Below, in pieces: positions 42,470-52,187 of a DNA stretch of 59,385 nucleotides. Origin of the DNA: a virus. Its lineage: Duplodnaviria > Caudoviricetes. The position numbers and the translations under genes were made by a program. The notes beneath the pieces were generated by a model, which saw nothing but the letters and a program-made list of their open reading frames with translations, was not told the DNA's origin and searched no databases. Location: positions 1 to 59,385 of IMG/VR virus record IMGVR_UViG_3300029309_000033; one strand, 5' to 3'. Numbering within the stretch: the stretch's first letter is position 1; each line of letters opens with the position of its first letter.

Positions 42470-43515
42470 TATACTACTCTTTTCTCCAATTTTTTCATGG
42501 TATCATACATTCTTTGTGCTCCTTTTTCAATGCTGCCGTTGCCTGCTCCTCGAACCGCGTCTGCTGTAAATACAAACTCGTTCTTAGATAACATGGCAGG
42601 TACGTCATCTGCTTTTTCTTTTATACCTACTGGTACAAATCCACCTTTATCTCTGTAATCTCGTTCCATGACTCCAGCTTTATTTGTTCTCATAATACCT
42701 GTCGGCATGCCGCCTTTTGCTACGTTAACTCTAGCAATAAAGGCATTCTTTTGTTCATCAGTCATACCTGAATAATCTTTGTCAAACTTAAAGTAATTGT
42801 CAAAGTAAGCTCTCATTTTACCACCAACATTTTCTCTTCTTCTAGCTAAATATTCTGAATTACTTTCAAACTCTTCTTGTGGTGGTTCTTCTGCTAAAAA
42901 TGCTTCATACACATAAGTTATTGCACCAGTTGCACCGCCAACCAATATCTGACTTTTTGCAAATTCAGGTAATTTATTTACTATAGGTATTTTATCTATA
43001 GTTGCTTTTGTTGTCTTTGTTACAAACTCTGGTGCACCACCAGTTGTTTTAAATGCAGTTCCCTCGGTTGGTTTTGCTACATCCAAACCTGCTTCATCGT
43101 AAGTAGATCCTAATTTTTCTTGTGGATTAAAAAACTCTTTTACAGCAGTTGTTCTATCTGGACTTAATGGAGATGTAAAACCACCTTTGAGTCCACCACC
43201 AAATGGATCTGTTGCTCCACCTAAACTTCTTGCACCTGCTCCAAAAGCAAAGGTTCCAACTCCCTGTTTAAAGGCATCGCTGATACTGCCTCTTTGATCA
43301 AACCTACCTATACCTCTCATGAGTCCTGCAATACCTGGATTGAAAGGTGCAACAAACGGTGCAGCTTTGACTGCAATATCTGCTAACTCATTCGGTATAA
43401 GTTTTCTAAATCTTTCTTTTAATTTACTACCAAGACCATATTTTTCTCTAGGAGTAACACTTGCTATTCCACCTTTATCACGTAATTGTCTTGGCATTTT
43501 TGCTCTATTGATCAT
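42469..43515 (-). CDS. Putative internal virion protein
   Basis: C-terminal ADDVPAMLSKNEFVFTADAVRG motif. Confidence 0.65.
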   Translation of the reverse strand: MINRAKMPRQLRDKGGIASVTPREKYGLGSKLKERFRKLIPNELADIAVKAAPFVAPFNPGIAGLMRGIGRFDQRGSISDAFKQGVGTFAFGAGARSLGGATDPFGGGLKGGFTSPLSPDRTTAVKEFFNPQEKLGSTYDEAGLDVAKPTEGTAFKTTGGAPEFVTKTTKATIDKIPIVNKLPEFAKSQILVGGATGAITYVYEAFLAEEPPQEEFESNSEYLARRRENVGGKMRAYFDNYFKFDKDYSGMTDEQKNAFIARVNVAKGGMPTGIMRTNKAGVMERDYRDKGGFVPVGIKEKADDVPAMLSKNEFVFTADAVRGAGNGSIEKGAQRMYDTMKKLEKRVV

Positions 43516-43598
43516 ATATGTTAAATGTTGTTATTTTTAAAAGGCAGGGATTACACCTGAATTTACATTATTACTTGTTTTTAACAAGTAAATCAAGA

Positions 43599-43940
43599 CT
43601 ATGTTGTAACTTCTCTAGGCTTAGATTGTAGGGCCGAAAGAACCACATGTAGTCTATTAGCTGTAGCCGCAGTCACTTTTAGTATCTCACTTTCTTCTAA
43701 TACTAAAGGAGCTGATAATAATTCTGTTGTACCATTGGCAGATATAGATTTTGTCTTAAAAAGACTAAATACATTTGAGCTAGTATCAGTAATAGTTAGC
43801 GTAATTGTATCTCCGCTACCAGAGTCATCCGATACCAATATAGACTTTATAATGGCTGTGGTAGCCGACGGCACCGTGTATAAAGTTGTTTCTGATGTAG
43901 AGGTTAAATCTACCTTTTTATTTACAAATGAATTAGCCAA
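43599..43940 (-). CDS. Tail-associated protein, paralog of 51794-52159
   Basis: MANSF...LYTV...TELL...VLE; TTG start with GGAGG upstream. Confidence 0.7.
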   Translation of the reverse strand: MANSFVNKKVDLTSTSETTLYTVPSATTAIIKSILVSDDSGSGDTITLTITDTSSNVFSLFKTKSISANGTTELLSAPLVLEESEILKVTAATANRLHVVLSALQSKPREVTT

Positions 43941-44097
43941 AGAAAAAAGCCTCCGCCTCTGCTTCGTCTTTTAGATCCTGTTGATAGGTTGTATTTAATT
44001 TTTGTACAATACTATCCACATCTCTAACAAATGATTGTTGTATCTGTTGATCGTAGTCTTCTGTTGGTTGTGTTAATGCTTGAACTATTCTAGCCAC
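43933..44097 (-). CDS. 54-aa tail-associated protein (not in ORF track)
   Basis: GTG start after AGGAG; MARIVQALTQPTEDYDQQ...EAEAFFFG. Confidence 0.65.
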   Translation of the reverse strand: MARIVQALTQPTEDYDQQIQQSFVRDVDSIVQKLNTTYQQDLKDEAEAEAFFFG

Positions 44098-44221
44098 GTT
44101 TCTTAACTCCTTTAATTTTCTTTTTATTTAGTGATGCATAAAAAACTTGTTCACCACGTTTTTTACCATATTGTTTTTTCATGGAACTCATTATCTTTTT
44201 ACCTTTTTTATTTAATGGCAT
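44090..44221 (-). CDS. 43-aa basic protein (not in ORF track)
   Basis: MPLNKKGKKIMSSMKKQYGKKRGEQVFYASLNKKKIKGVKKRG; TAATG coupling. Confidence 0.7.
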   Translation of the reverse strand: MPLNKKGKKIMSSMKKQYGKKRGEQVFYASLNKKKIKGVKKRG

Positions 44222-46368
44222 TATCTTCTTCCGTCTGGTTGGTAATCTATTCTAAATGTCCCCAATTTCCAAAATTGACTAGTGCTAGTATTTTCTACTT
44301 TTAAAGATATCTCTCTAGCTCTAGCACGTGTGTCTATCTTCTGTGTGCCACTAGTTATTGTAAATGGACCTAATGTAGAACTAGCTGCGGTATCATTTGG
44401 AAAATCTCTTAAATTTAATGTTACTCTAGCATCGCCTGTTTGTGATAAAAAATCTGGTATGACTCTTCTTATTTTCATCATAAACTCACCATCTCCAGCT
44501 AAACCCTGTTGTCCTATATCAAAATTTCCAGATTCTATATTTGCTGGTATTGCGGATGTTTGTCCTGCCTTAACCTGATCAAGTCCTGTCTCATGTTCGT
44601 AGTATGTTGATGCACCATCTGTGTTACCATGAACATAATTAACGTCATCGTCATCCGTTTCCGCACTAGAATCATATTCTGTTGCGTGTGGTTTACCAAA
44701 TACAGCAGAGTCCTCCCATGCTGTTCTAGCTAGTGTGCCCGTAGTCCACACTGGTCGCTCAGGGCTTGAATCTAGATAATTGTATGAAACCATCCTATTA
44801 ACAACGCCAGAACCTGAGTTTGGATAGAACCAGATAACCTCACCAAATAAGTTATTAAGACCTGCATTAATGTGTTGTTTTGGTATGGTATTAATATCAT
44901 CGTATACATGATCTTCAACCAAACATGGTAGTGATTCTAATTTACCTGTATATCTAAAAAAACCATTTTCTGACATCCAATAAGCTGTACCATCAACCTC
45001 AACAGCTGCATTCTGTCCAATTAATCCACAGTTTGTACCAACCTGTTGAAATGAGAAAGTAAATGGTGGACCAACAAAACGCATGATAAATAATGCAGTG
45101 TCTGTCCATATATAAATCGCATCACGACCTCTGATTGCTCCAACAAGTTTAGATCCATCTGCAAGTCTTTGTGTGCCAGCGGTGTTTGTTGCTGATGGTG
45201 TGTAAGTGTTTATGTCCTCTTGATCTGAAAATCTTATAAACATCGGATCTTGTGTTGATTTAGTTCCAATTGTTGTTTCTGTGCCAAAAAATATCAAGTG
45301 ACGATCCGGTGTTGATACAAGACTAAATGCTGATGCGGTTGGTGCTCCTGATATTATTGTAGCCCTGGTGCTGTTGGCAGTCAGTGGATTTGAATCCCAC
45401 TCAAAACTCTCACCGCCATTGATTGTTGCAATTAACTTATTACCAAGGTTATCTAATGACCAAAGACCAGGTGCTGTTATGATATCTCCTGATGCTGCAG
45501 CGTTCCATGCAAAAAAGTTTGATGCATCTGTTACTGTTGCACCAGACGAGTGTGTTGCAGCTGTGGTGCCACTAGCTCCTCTTGTGAGACCAGATAAGGT
45601 TCCCCCACTATTACTGGTATACGTTATAAGTTCTGATCCTATCAATACCGTACCTGAAGATGGAAAAGATGTTGAACTTGCCATCGTCAGACTTGTCACC
45701 GAGGCGTTTATCCCTGATGAAAGCGTTGATGTGAATTGACCTGTTTGTTGACCACCCCATGATCCAAGTCCCCAACCTGTGGATGCAACCTCAACAGCTG
45801 GTCCCACGGGGTAATAATGTTGTACCCTTATGCCACCAGATGTGGATGCACCAGATCCAGATTCATTTGATTCCATTTCTATTGTAAGAGTGGTGTCTGT
45901 TGGTATTGATGTCACCATAAATTTTTTATCTGTAAAATCACTAGATGCAAAATTAGAACCTGTTATGGACGTAAAGGTATCTAATAATATAATATCAAAT
46001 TTATTTATATTGTGCGCAGATGAAAATGTTAATGTTACAACCTTAGATCCATTTGTTGTGCTAAAAGCATTTGATAAAGATGTTGTCGCTTTAATTGGGT
46101 GTATGTCATAAAATATACCACCAGAGTATGCATATAAAATTCTGTTTGTCCCTAAGATAGCATACTTGATACCTGATGTATTTACAAAATGATGAATAGC
46201 CGTGGCTCTCCCTGTGATCTGAACAGAACCTAATTGTGACCAACCACCTATTTTTTCAGGTGTTCCATATCTGAATCTAACGTTATCACCATTGACCCAT
46301 TGACTCTCACCACCTGTAGATGTAACTTGTTTGTTAAACCCCGGCGCAAATTTTACTTTTTGCAACAT
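44221..46368 (-). CDS. Putative tail nozzle/stabilisation protein
   Basis: 715 aa, beta-rich, NVRFRYG.PEKIGGW at the start, IRFSDQED, ends PDGRR. Confidence 0.65.
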   Translation of the reverse strand: MLQKVKFAPGFNKQVTSTGGESQWVNGDNVRFRYGTPEKIGGWSQLGSVQITGRATAIHHFVNTSGIKYAILGTNRILYAYSGGIFYDIHPIKATTSLSNAFSTTNGSKVVTLTFSSAHNINKFDIILLDTFTSITGSNFASSDFTDKKFMVTSIPTDTTLTIEMESNESGSGASTSGGIRVQHYYPVGPAVEVASTGWGLGSWGGQQTGQFTSTLSSGINASVTSLTMASSTSFPSSGTVLIGSELITYTSNSGGTLSGLTRGASGTTAATHSSGATVTDASNFFAWNAAASGDIITAPGLWSLDNLGNKLIATINGGESFEWDSNPLTANSTRATIISGAPTASAFSLVSTPDRHLIFFGTETTIGTKSTQDPMFIRFSDQEDINTYTPSATNTAGTQRLADGSKLVGAIRGRDAIYIWTDTALFIMRFVGPPFTFSFQQVGTNCGLIGQNAAVEVDGTAYWMSENGFFRYTGKLESLPCLVEDHVYDDINTIPKQHINAGLNNLFGEVIWFYPNSGSGVVNRMVSYNYLDSSPERPVWTTGTLARTAWEDSAVFGKPHATEYDSSAETDDDDVNYVHGNTDGASTYYEHETGLDQVKAGQTSAIPANIESGNFDIGQQGLAGDGEFMMKIRRVIPDFLSQTGDARVTLNLRDFPNDTAASSTLGPFTITSGTQKIDTRARAREISLKVENTSTSQFWKLGTFRIDYQPDGRR

Positions 46369-46379
46369 AATAATTTACC

Positions 46380-46667
46380 CTATGGTTTAGTTGGCCAAGT
46401 TGCATTTTCACATTTTTCTACAGTATCTTTACCTGCAGGCAAGTCTCTAAGATTTTGTCTATATGTCTTCATGTCATCTGACATGGTTACATCAGATAAA
46501 GCATAATAATCAGTTTCAGCGAGAAGTCTATTTCTTTTAGCTCTAAGATTAGCTAAAGCTCTAGCAGGGGCTGCATCTTCCCATGCTTTTTCTTCAGCGT
46601 CTCTAGCTGCCTCTTCTTCAGCTGTAAACTGTACTTTGTTACCGTTTATATTATGATATCTTGGCAT
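46380..46667 (-). CDS. Tail fibre assembly chaperone-like protein
   Basis: LRAKRNRLLAETDY...YRQNLRDLP...WPTKP. Confidence 0.8.
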   Translation of the reverse strand: MPRYHNINGNKVQFTAEEEAARDAEEKAWEDAAPARALANLRAKRNRLLAETDYYALSDVTMSDDMKTYRQNLRDLPAGKDTVEKCENATWPTKP

Positions 46668-46697
46668 AGTTTTTTCCTTATTATTTGTGTACCATTT

Positions 46698-47318
46698 TTA
46701 ATTTATTCCGTAAAGGCAAATATCTCCAGCGTCTATGTTGCCTGATGACATTTTAAATTGTACTGCATCTATTGCACTTGTTGTATTAAAATATCCAGCT
46801 GTAAATACATCTCTAGTTTTATCTGATTGATGAGCATTATTAGTTCTAGCTATAAAATGTTTTACAAAAGTTGTAGATGATGGATTAAATAACTGTAAAA
46901 TTCCAGCTAAAGACTGATCGTTATCAACACCCACTGATTGACCAATATTTTGAAAATTTGTAGATTGTGCTAAATCTTGTGATTCTTGATAAGCTAATGC
47001 ACCATTAGAACCATCTTCATCATGTGTTGCTCTAAAATATGACGATGTTATTGTCGTATTATAATTACTACCACCATCTGTTGAACCTTGAAAAGTTAAA
47101 CCATCTACACCAGTGGCTGATGGATGAATATCTTTAAAAGTAAATAAATATTCTTTATAAGTAGAATCTAATACTACATCAGAACTACCATCAACAAAAC
47201 TTATAGTAGAACTAGAACTAGCAGTCAGCTTTTTAATAAATATCATACTACCAGTATTCAAAGACCCAAAGGCTGATACCGATCTAACCGCTCTATCATT
47301 AAGTGTAACTATGCTCAT
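46698..47318 (-). CDS. Tail/fibre-associated protein, paralog 3 of 3
   Basis: TASSS, NPSSTTFVKHF, SGNIDAG.I.LYG. Confidence 0.7.
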   Translation of the reverse strand: MSIVTLNDRAVRSVSAFGSLNTGSMIFIKKLTASSSSTISFVDGSSDVVLDSTYKEYLFTFKDIHPSATGVDGLTFQGSTDGGSNYNTTITSSYFRATHDEDGSNGALAYQESQDLAQSTNFQNIGQSVGVDNDQSLAGILQLFNPSSTTFVKHFIARTNNAHQSDKTRDVFTAGYFNTTSAIDAVQFKMSSGNIDAGDICLYGIN

Positions 47319-47944
47319 TATGAATCCTTTATTCCATATAGTTTTATAGTGCCAGCATCTATATTACCAGAATTAAAAGTAAACTGTATTGCGTCAACAT
47401 CTGAAGTTGAATTTACATAACCAGCTGTATAATCCTCCATTGAAGCACCACCACTTTCATAATAATAGTTCACTCTAGCTAGAAAATGTTTTACAAACGT
47501 AGTGTTTGAAGGATTAAATAAATAAAATTCTCCACTTAAACTTTCATCATTACCATTACCAACTGCTGAAGCTTGTAGTTGAGCAACTCCTGTTCCTTGT
47601 GCTAAATCATCATTAGATGCATAATCAAGACTGGCAAAGCTGTCACCTTCATCATGTTGAGCATGAAACATGGTAGTGGTTTTAGTTAAGTTATAATTTG
47701 ACCCAGCATCAGTAGAAACATTAAATCTTAACTTAACATCGTCTGTGCCTGGGTGTAAATTAATAAACTTAAACAAATAAATAGGAAATGTAGAATCTAA
47801 TACAACATCATTACTACCATTTACAAAACTTAAATTAGCACTGCTACTTGCGGTCAAAGTTTTAATAAGTGTTAATGATTTAGCTGCCCCAGGTATAGCT
47901 GAAATATTTCTAATGCTTCTATTATTATAAGTTACAATTGACAT
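47318..47944 (-). CDS. Tail/fibre-associated protein, paralog 2 of 3
   Basis: Same motifs as its neighbours. Confidence 0.7.
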   Translation of the reverse strand: MSIVTYNNRSIRNISAIPGAAKSLTLIKTLTASSSANLSFVNGSNDVVLDSTFPIYLFKFINLHPGTDDVKLRFNVSTDAGSNYNLTKTTTMFHAQHDEGDSFASLDYASNDDLAQGTGVAQLQASAVGNGNDESLSGEFYLFNPSNTTFVKHFLARVNYYYESGGASMEDYTAGYVNSTSDVDAIQFTFNSGNIDAGTIKLYGIKDS

Positions 47945-48549
47945 TACGAAACTCCATATAATTTAAATGTTCCAGAGTCTATGTTTCCTGATGAAAATTT
48001 AAATCTTACTCTAGTGATTGCTGTTGTAGTGTTAAAATATCCTGCATGGTACTCATTATTAGAAGTATCACTGTGAGCAATAGATTGAAAATTAGAAATA
48101 AAATGTTTTACAAAAGTTGTGCTACTAGGATCAAAGATGTGCAATGTACCACTTATACCCTGATCACTATCATTGCCAATACTATTTGCTAATGTTTCAT
48201 CACTTGTTCCTTGAGCTTGATCAGAACCTGTTAAATAAGATAGAGAAGTAGAGACATCATTTTCAGTATGTTGAGCTCTAAAATGAGTAGAAGTAATTGT
48301 TTGATTGTAATTTGTATTTGTTCCTGTATCAGCTTGAAATTTAAAACTTACATTGTCAGTAGCTGGATGAGCGTTTATAATTTTAAATATGTACTCCTTA
48401 TGTGTAGAGTCTATGTTACTAGTAAAATCTATTGTGCCACTAGAACTAGCAGTTTGTGTCTCTAATAACACTAAGCTACTACCAGAGACCCCTGAAGGAA
48501 AACTAGTAATGGATGCCATGGATCTGTCATTACATACATTGATTGACAT
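47944..48549 (-). CDS. Tail/fibre-associated protein, paralog 1 of 3
   Basis: Same motifs as its neighbours. Confidence 0.7.
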   Translation of the reverse strand: MSINVCNDRSMASITSFPSGVSGSSLVLLETQTASSSGTIDFTSNIDSTHKEYIFKIINAHPATDNVSFKFQADTGTNTNYNQTITSTHFRAQHTENDVSTSLSYLTGSDQAQGTSDETLANSIGNDSDQGISGTLHIFDPSSTTFVKHFISNFQSIAHSDTSNNEYHAGYFNTTTAITRVRFKFSSGNIDSGTFKLYGVS

Positions 48550-48558
48550 GTTATGCTC

Positions 48559-49788
48559 CTAACACATTAGTGAACATGGAACTATATAACTACCATCACT
48601 GTAAGTTTCTATTTTAGTATTAGATAATACTTTTGCAAAAGTGCTAGATTTAATATTATCATCGCTTTGTTTTTTTGCTGTTCCATCTCCGTTTGATTGT
48701 AATAAATCTCCTTTAGCAACTGTTTCATCTTTATGTATTCTAACTACAAATGAACCAACTGATGCTACATAAAAATCATTATATCCTTCACCATCTTCAT
48801 CCCAAGAACTAAATACACCATAAACATTTTTAGCATCTACTGTGTCAGATACTTTTGATTCCATATGTTTAATATCATCTTCTTTAACTATCGTTGCTTC
48901 ATAATCTGTTCCCTCATAATTATATGTAATTTTATCTCCATCTGATTGACTAGCTGTTAATACATGAGGAATTTTTTGAGCAGTACCATTATTATCATTA
49001 AACTCTAAATTATACCAATTAACCATAGTGTCTAAAGTTTCTAAAACTGTTCCTTTTAGAATAGTTGGTTTAGAATTATCAGAAAATCTAGACCAGTGAG
49101 AACCTGTAAAAGAGTTATAAGATACTGTTGATCCAGAAACTGCTATGGTTCCTTCTTCAGAATTAGCTTGTCTAATAGAAACAAGATTTCCATCATCACC
49201 ACCTCTATTAATAAACATTGTTGTTCCACCTGTTGTTCCACTTCTAGAAAAAACAGCTTTACCATTATCTTCAAATTCTACACCATTTACGTTAGTACCA
49301 GAACTTGTTTTGCCATATAAAAAAACTGATGAAGATAAAGTTAGTTTATCAGTTCCACCAATTTTAACATGTATAGTATCATCTGTATCTGCAGTTATTG
49401 AACTATCGGCATCTGCATCTAAAATTAATTCATTACCATTTACATCTAATGTTCCTGGAGTAACTAAATTTCCTGATAATTTAGCACTAGTCACAGTATC
49501 GTCAGACGGCTGGCCTAGGTCGAGCACGTTACCTAATATTTGAACAAAATCAATTACGTCACCTGTCGCCAGATTCGAGGCAAAGGTCATCGTACTACCT
49601 GAGATTGTATAGGATGATCCTGGTTTTTGTAGGATACCATTTAAACTGACCAGCATATGATTAGCTGATTCTGGTGCAACATTTACACCCCCTACTTGTA
49701 AAGTATAGGCTGCCTGTCCGTTTACGACTGATATCGCATCACAAACTTGAAAATTTCCGACTGTGGGTTGTTTTCCTATATAGGCCAT
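48559..49788 (-). CDS. Tail fibre/spike with possible C-terminal intramolecular chaperone
   Basis: MAYIGKQP anchor; VSYNSFTGSH then a domain with VAKGDLLQSNGDG. Confidence 0.65.
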   Translation of the reverse strand: MAYIGKQPTVGNFQVCDAISVVNGQAAYTLQVGGVNVAPESANHMLVSLNGILQKPGSSYTISGSTMTFASNLATGDVIDFVQILGNVLDLGQPSDDTVTSAKLSGNLVTPGTLDVNGNELILDADADSSITADTDDTIHVKIGGTDKLTLSSSVFLYGKTSSGTNVNGVEFEDNGKAVFSRSGTTGGTTMFINRGGDDGNLVSIRQANSEEGTIAVSGSTVSYNSFTGSHWSRFSDNSKPTILKGTVLETLDTMVNWYNLEFNDNNGTAQKIPHVLTASQSDGDKITYNYEGTDYEATIVKEDDIKHMESKVSDTVDAKNVYGVFSSWDEDGEGYNDFYVASVGSFVVRIHKDETVAKGDLLQSNGDGTAKKQSDDNIKSSTFAKVLSNTKIETYSDGSYIVPCSLMC

Positions 49789-49791
49789 GGG

Positions 49792-50109
49792 TTACTCCTT
49801 TGGGTTATCGTCTTTAATCTTTTTAATTCTTGCTTTCCATGCATCTATGTCTTTATAGATTTCATCTAGCTGATCACCTATGTCTCCATAGGCAACTTTT
49901 CTTGTAGCTCTGACTGTATTATTAGATTCTTCAGTGTTACCTGCAGTTTCATACTCTGCTATTTTAGAATCATCTGGTTTAGCAAAACTATAAGTCCAAG
50001 TTTTAATGTAATCTCCCGACCCGTCATTTTGTAGGGATACTTTATCATCATCCCATGCATTAGAATTATCTTCTATATAAAGTTTTGTTTTTGTATAAAG
50101 TGAAGCCAT
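49792..50109 (-). CDS. Fibre chaperone-like protein
   Basis: LQNDGSGDYIKTW...RKVAY..IGDQLDEIY...IKDDNPK. Confidence 0.6.
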   Translation of the reverse strand: MASLYTKTKLYIEDNSNAWDDDKVSLQNDGSGDYIKTWTYSFAKPDDSKIAEYETAGNTEESNNTVRATRKVAYGDIGDQLDEIYKDIDAWKARIKKIKDDNPKE

Positions 50110-50117
50110 AATTTATC

Positions 50118-50597
50118 CTATGTTATTAATTTAAATGCTTGAAATATACATTGATTACTACCGCCATTAAGGCTTAAACTTGATCCTGTATTATGTTGAG
50201 TATAAGCCTCTAAATAATCATCTGCATCTAAATCAACTATTGCATTTACTTCTGTTGACTTATCTCTGCCTGAACTACTAGCAGTTCTAGTTCTGTGGGA
50301 ATGAACCGAACTTCCATTTTTAAATATATAAACTTGTTGATATTTGCCTTCAGCACTAGCATCCGCGTAACTTACCTTTGCCGTAACATGATATTTTCCA
50401 GCAACAGCAGGAGTAAATCTATAATTTGAACTATTATCGTATTTGTCATCACTATCAAAAACTTCAGTATCAAATTGCACTTTTGTCGCTGAAGAATTTG
50501 AAATACTTTGATTACTACTTAAACTAACTTGAAAAGCTGGAGTTGAAAAGTTATCTGCTAAATTTATTGATTCTGATTGTATTTTACTTAATGCCAT
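50118..50597 (-). CDS. C1q-like domain protein
   Basis: PAF...VQFDTEVFD...RFTPAVAGKYHV...DLDADDYLE. Confidence 0.75.
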   Translation of the reverse strand: MALSKIQSESINLADNFSTPAFQVSLSSNQSISNSSATKVQFDTEVFDSDDKYDNSSNYRFTPAVAGKYHVTAKVSYADASAEGKYQQVYIFKNGSSVHSHRTRTASSSGRDKSTEVNAIVDLDADDYLEAYTQHNTGSSLSLNGGSNQCIFQAFKLIT

Positions 50598-50611
50598 AAT
50601 TTCTCCTAAAG

Positions 50612-50905
50612 TTATTTATCTAAGCTATCTTCTCTTTGTTTTCTATTTTTATAATCTGATCTAGTTGTAACTAATTCTACAAAATCTGATTGATTAGATG
50701 GAATAGCATCTGTAAAAGAACTATCATTCATCAACTTAGTAGTCCATTCATTTTGCATACGCTTCCAACAGTTGTTAATTTTACCATCAACTGCTGCTTG
50801 AATCCAAGCATCTAAACCAGCATTATCTGTGTCGTTGTATAGATCATTAGATAATATCTTTTGCTGTAGATCAGTTAGTGTTATTGTTTTTGTGTGATTT
50901 GCCAT
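50612..50905 (-). CDS. Hypothetical protein
   Basis: 97 aa; AAGGAGG SD. Confidence 0.7.
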   Translation of the reverse strand: MANHTKTITLTDLQQKILSNDLYNDTDNAGLDAWIQAAVDGKINNCWKRMQNEWTTKLMNDSSFTDAIPSNQSDFVELVTTRSDYKNRKQREDSLDK

Positions 50906-50940
50906 GTTATACCTCCTTTAAGATTAATTGTTTCATTATT

Positions 50941-51792
50941 CTAACATGCTAAATGTACTGTTAAAAAAGTTTCAGGAGCTGATGCTGATCCTACAACAAC
51001 ATCATGTTGTGCTGATCCATGAGATGAATGACGAACTTTTAATAGTAAAGTATCGTTTGCATCCATATCAACTAAAGTTGAAGCATTAAATCCTCTACCA
51101 TAAGATGAATAATCTTCTGTTATTTCATATCTAGGTTGAATTTGTTGCAGATAATAATTTCTATTAGAAGAAACCAAAAGAATTCCATACATCCATTGAT
51201 ATGCTGTATCAATATCTGATATAGTTACAGATGCATTCACTTGATATTTTCCTGTAACAGGTGCAGTAAAGGTGCTACTAGAAGTATCAAAATCTGAATT
51301 AACATCATAAATTTCAGCGCCAAGTGCTATGGTAACAATTCCTGTTGACATATTATCTTGAGCAGTATTTGGATAAGCATGAACAGCTGATTGTAAAGGC
51401 ATTGTTACATGACCATTACTGTCAATAGTAATTGAATTTGCTGAAGCATTATCATCAATTCCTGTTGAACTAAAAGTTGTTAATGGATAATTAATCATAC
51501 TACTTGTAACACTATTAGTTGCGGGCGTTACAGTCTGTAATGCTCTACCTAAAAATACACAATACATCGCATCTCCTGATGCTGTTGCTTCACTTAACGT
51601 TAGAGCAGTCCCTGTAGCAGTATATGCTTTACCAGACCCAGGTTGCTGTCTTACATTATTAATAAATAATGCTAATTCATTTTCATTAGCTACTGCATGA
51701 TCTAAAGTGTAGGAGGTAGTTGCACTTACAGAAAATGTCTGTGTAGCAAATGAAGTAAACGATTCTGCTGGCTCTGGTCCAATATAGGCCAT
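50941..51792 (-). CDS. Fibre protein with MAYIG anchor and C1q-like C-terminus
   Basis: FTAPVTGKYQV, DMDANDT. Confidence 0.7.
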   Translation of the reverse strand: MAYIGPEPAESFTSFATQTFSVSATTSYTLDHAVANENELALFINNVRQQPGSGKAYTATGTALTLSEATASGDAMYCVFLGRALQTVTPATNSVTSSMINYPLTTFSSTGIDDNASANSITIDSNGHVTMPLQSAVHAYPNTAQDNMSTGIVTIALGAEIYDVNSDFDTSSSTFTAPVTGKYQVNASVTISDIDTAYQWMYGILLVSSNRNYYLQQIQPRYEITEDYSSYGRGFNASTLVDMDANDTLLLKVRHSSHGSAQHDVVVGSASAPETFLTVHLAC

Positions 51793-51793
51793 C

Positions 51794-52159
51794 TTACGTT
51801 ATCTCCATTACTGACAATGTGCCTGATAGTTTATCAGCTACAGAGCAATCAATTCTTATAACGTCTCCAGCCTCTAATACAACTTTACCACCTGATAACA
51901 GTTCAAGTGAAGTTCCACTAGGGATGTTTACGTCTTTCACTAAAAAAGACGTGCCGTTTGAAGCATTATTTGCACCAGCACGATTTGATGTTGTACTAAC
52001 AAGTTCTACCTCTGCAGTCACTGTAGTTGTATGTATGTTAGCCAATACCAATCCAAGCACAACTGTAGTCGTACTCGATGCTACCGTGTACATTGTAAAA
52101 GGTGTGCCTGCTGAGTTTGGCTCTGCAGCAAAATTGATCACTTTAAAAGTATTTGCCAT
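51794..52159 (-). CDS. Tail-associated protein
   Basis: MANTFK...SLELLSGGKVVLE...MEIT. Confidence 0.7.
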   Translation of the reverse strand: MANTFKVINFAAEPNSAGTPFTMYTVASSTTTVVLGLVLANIHTTTVTAEVELVSTTSNRAGANNASNGTSFLVKDVNIPSGTSLELLSGGKVVLEAGDVIRIDCSVADKLSGTLSVMEIT

Positions 52160-52187
52160 ATTTTCCTCCTAAAAATTCCTTATATAC

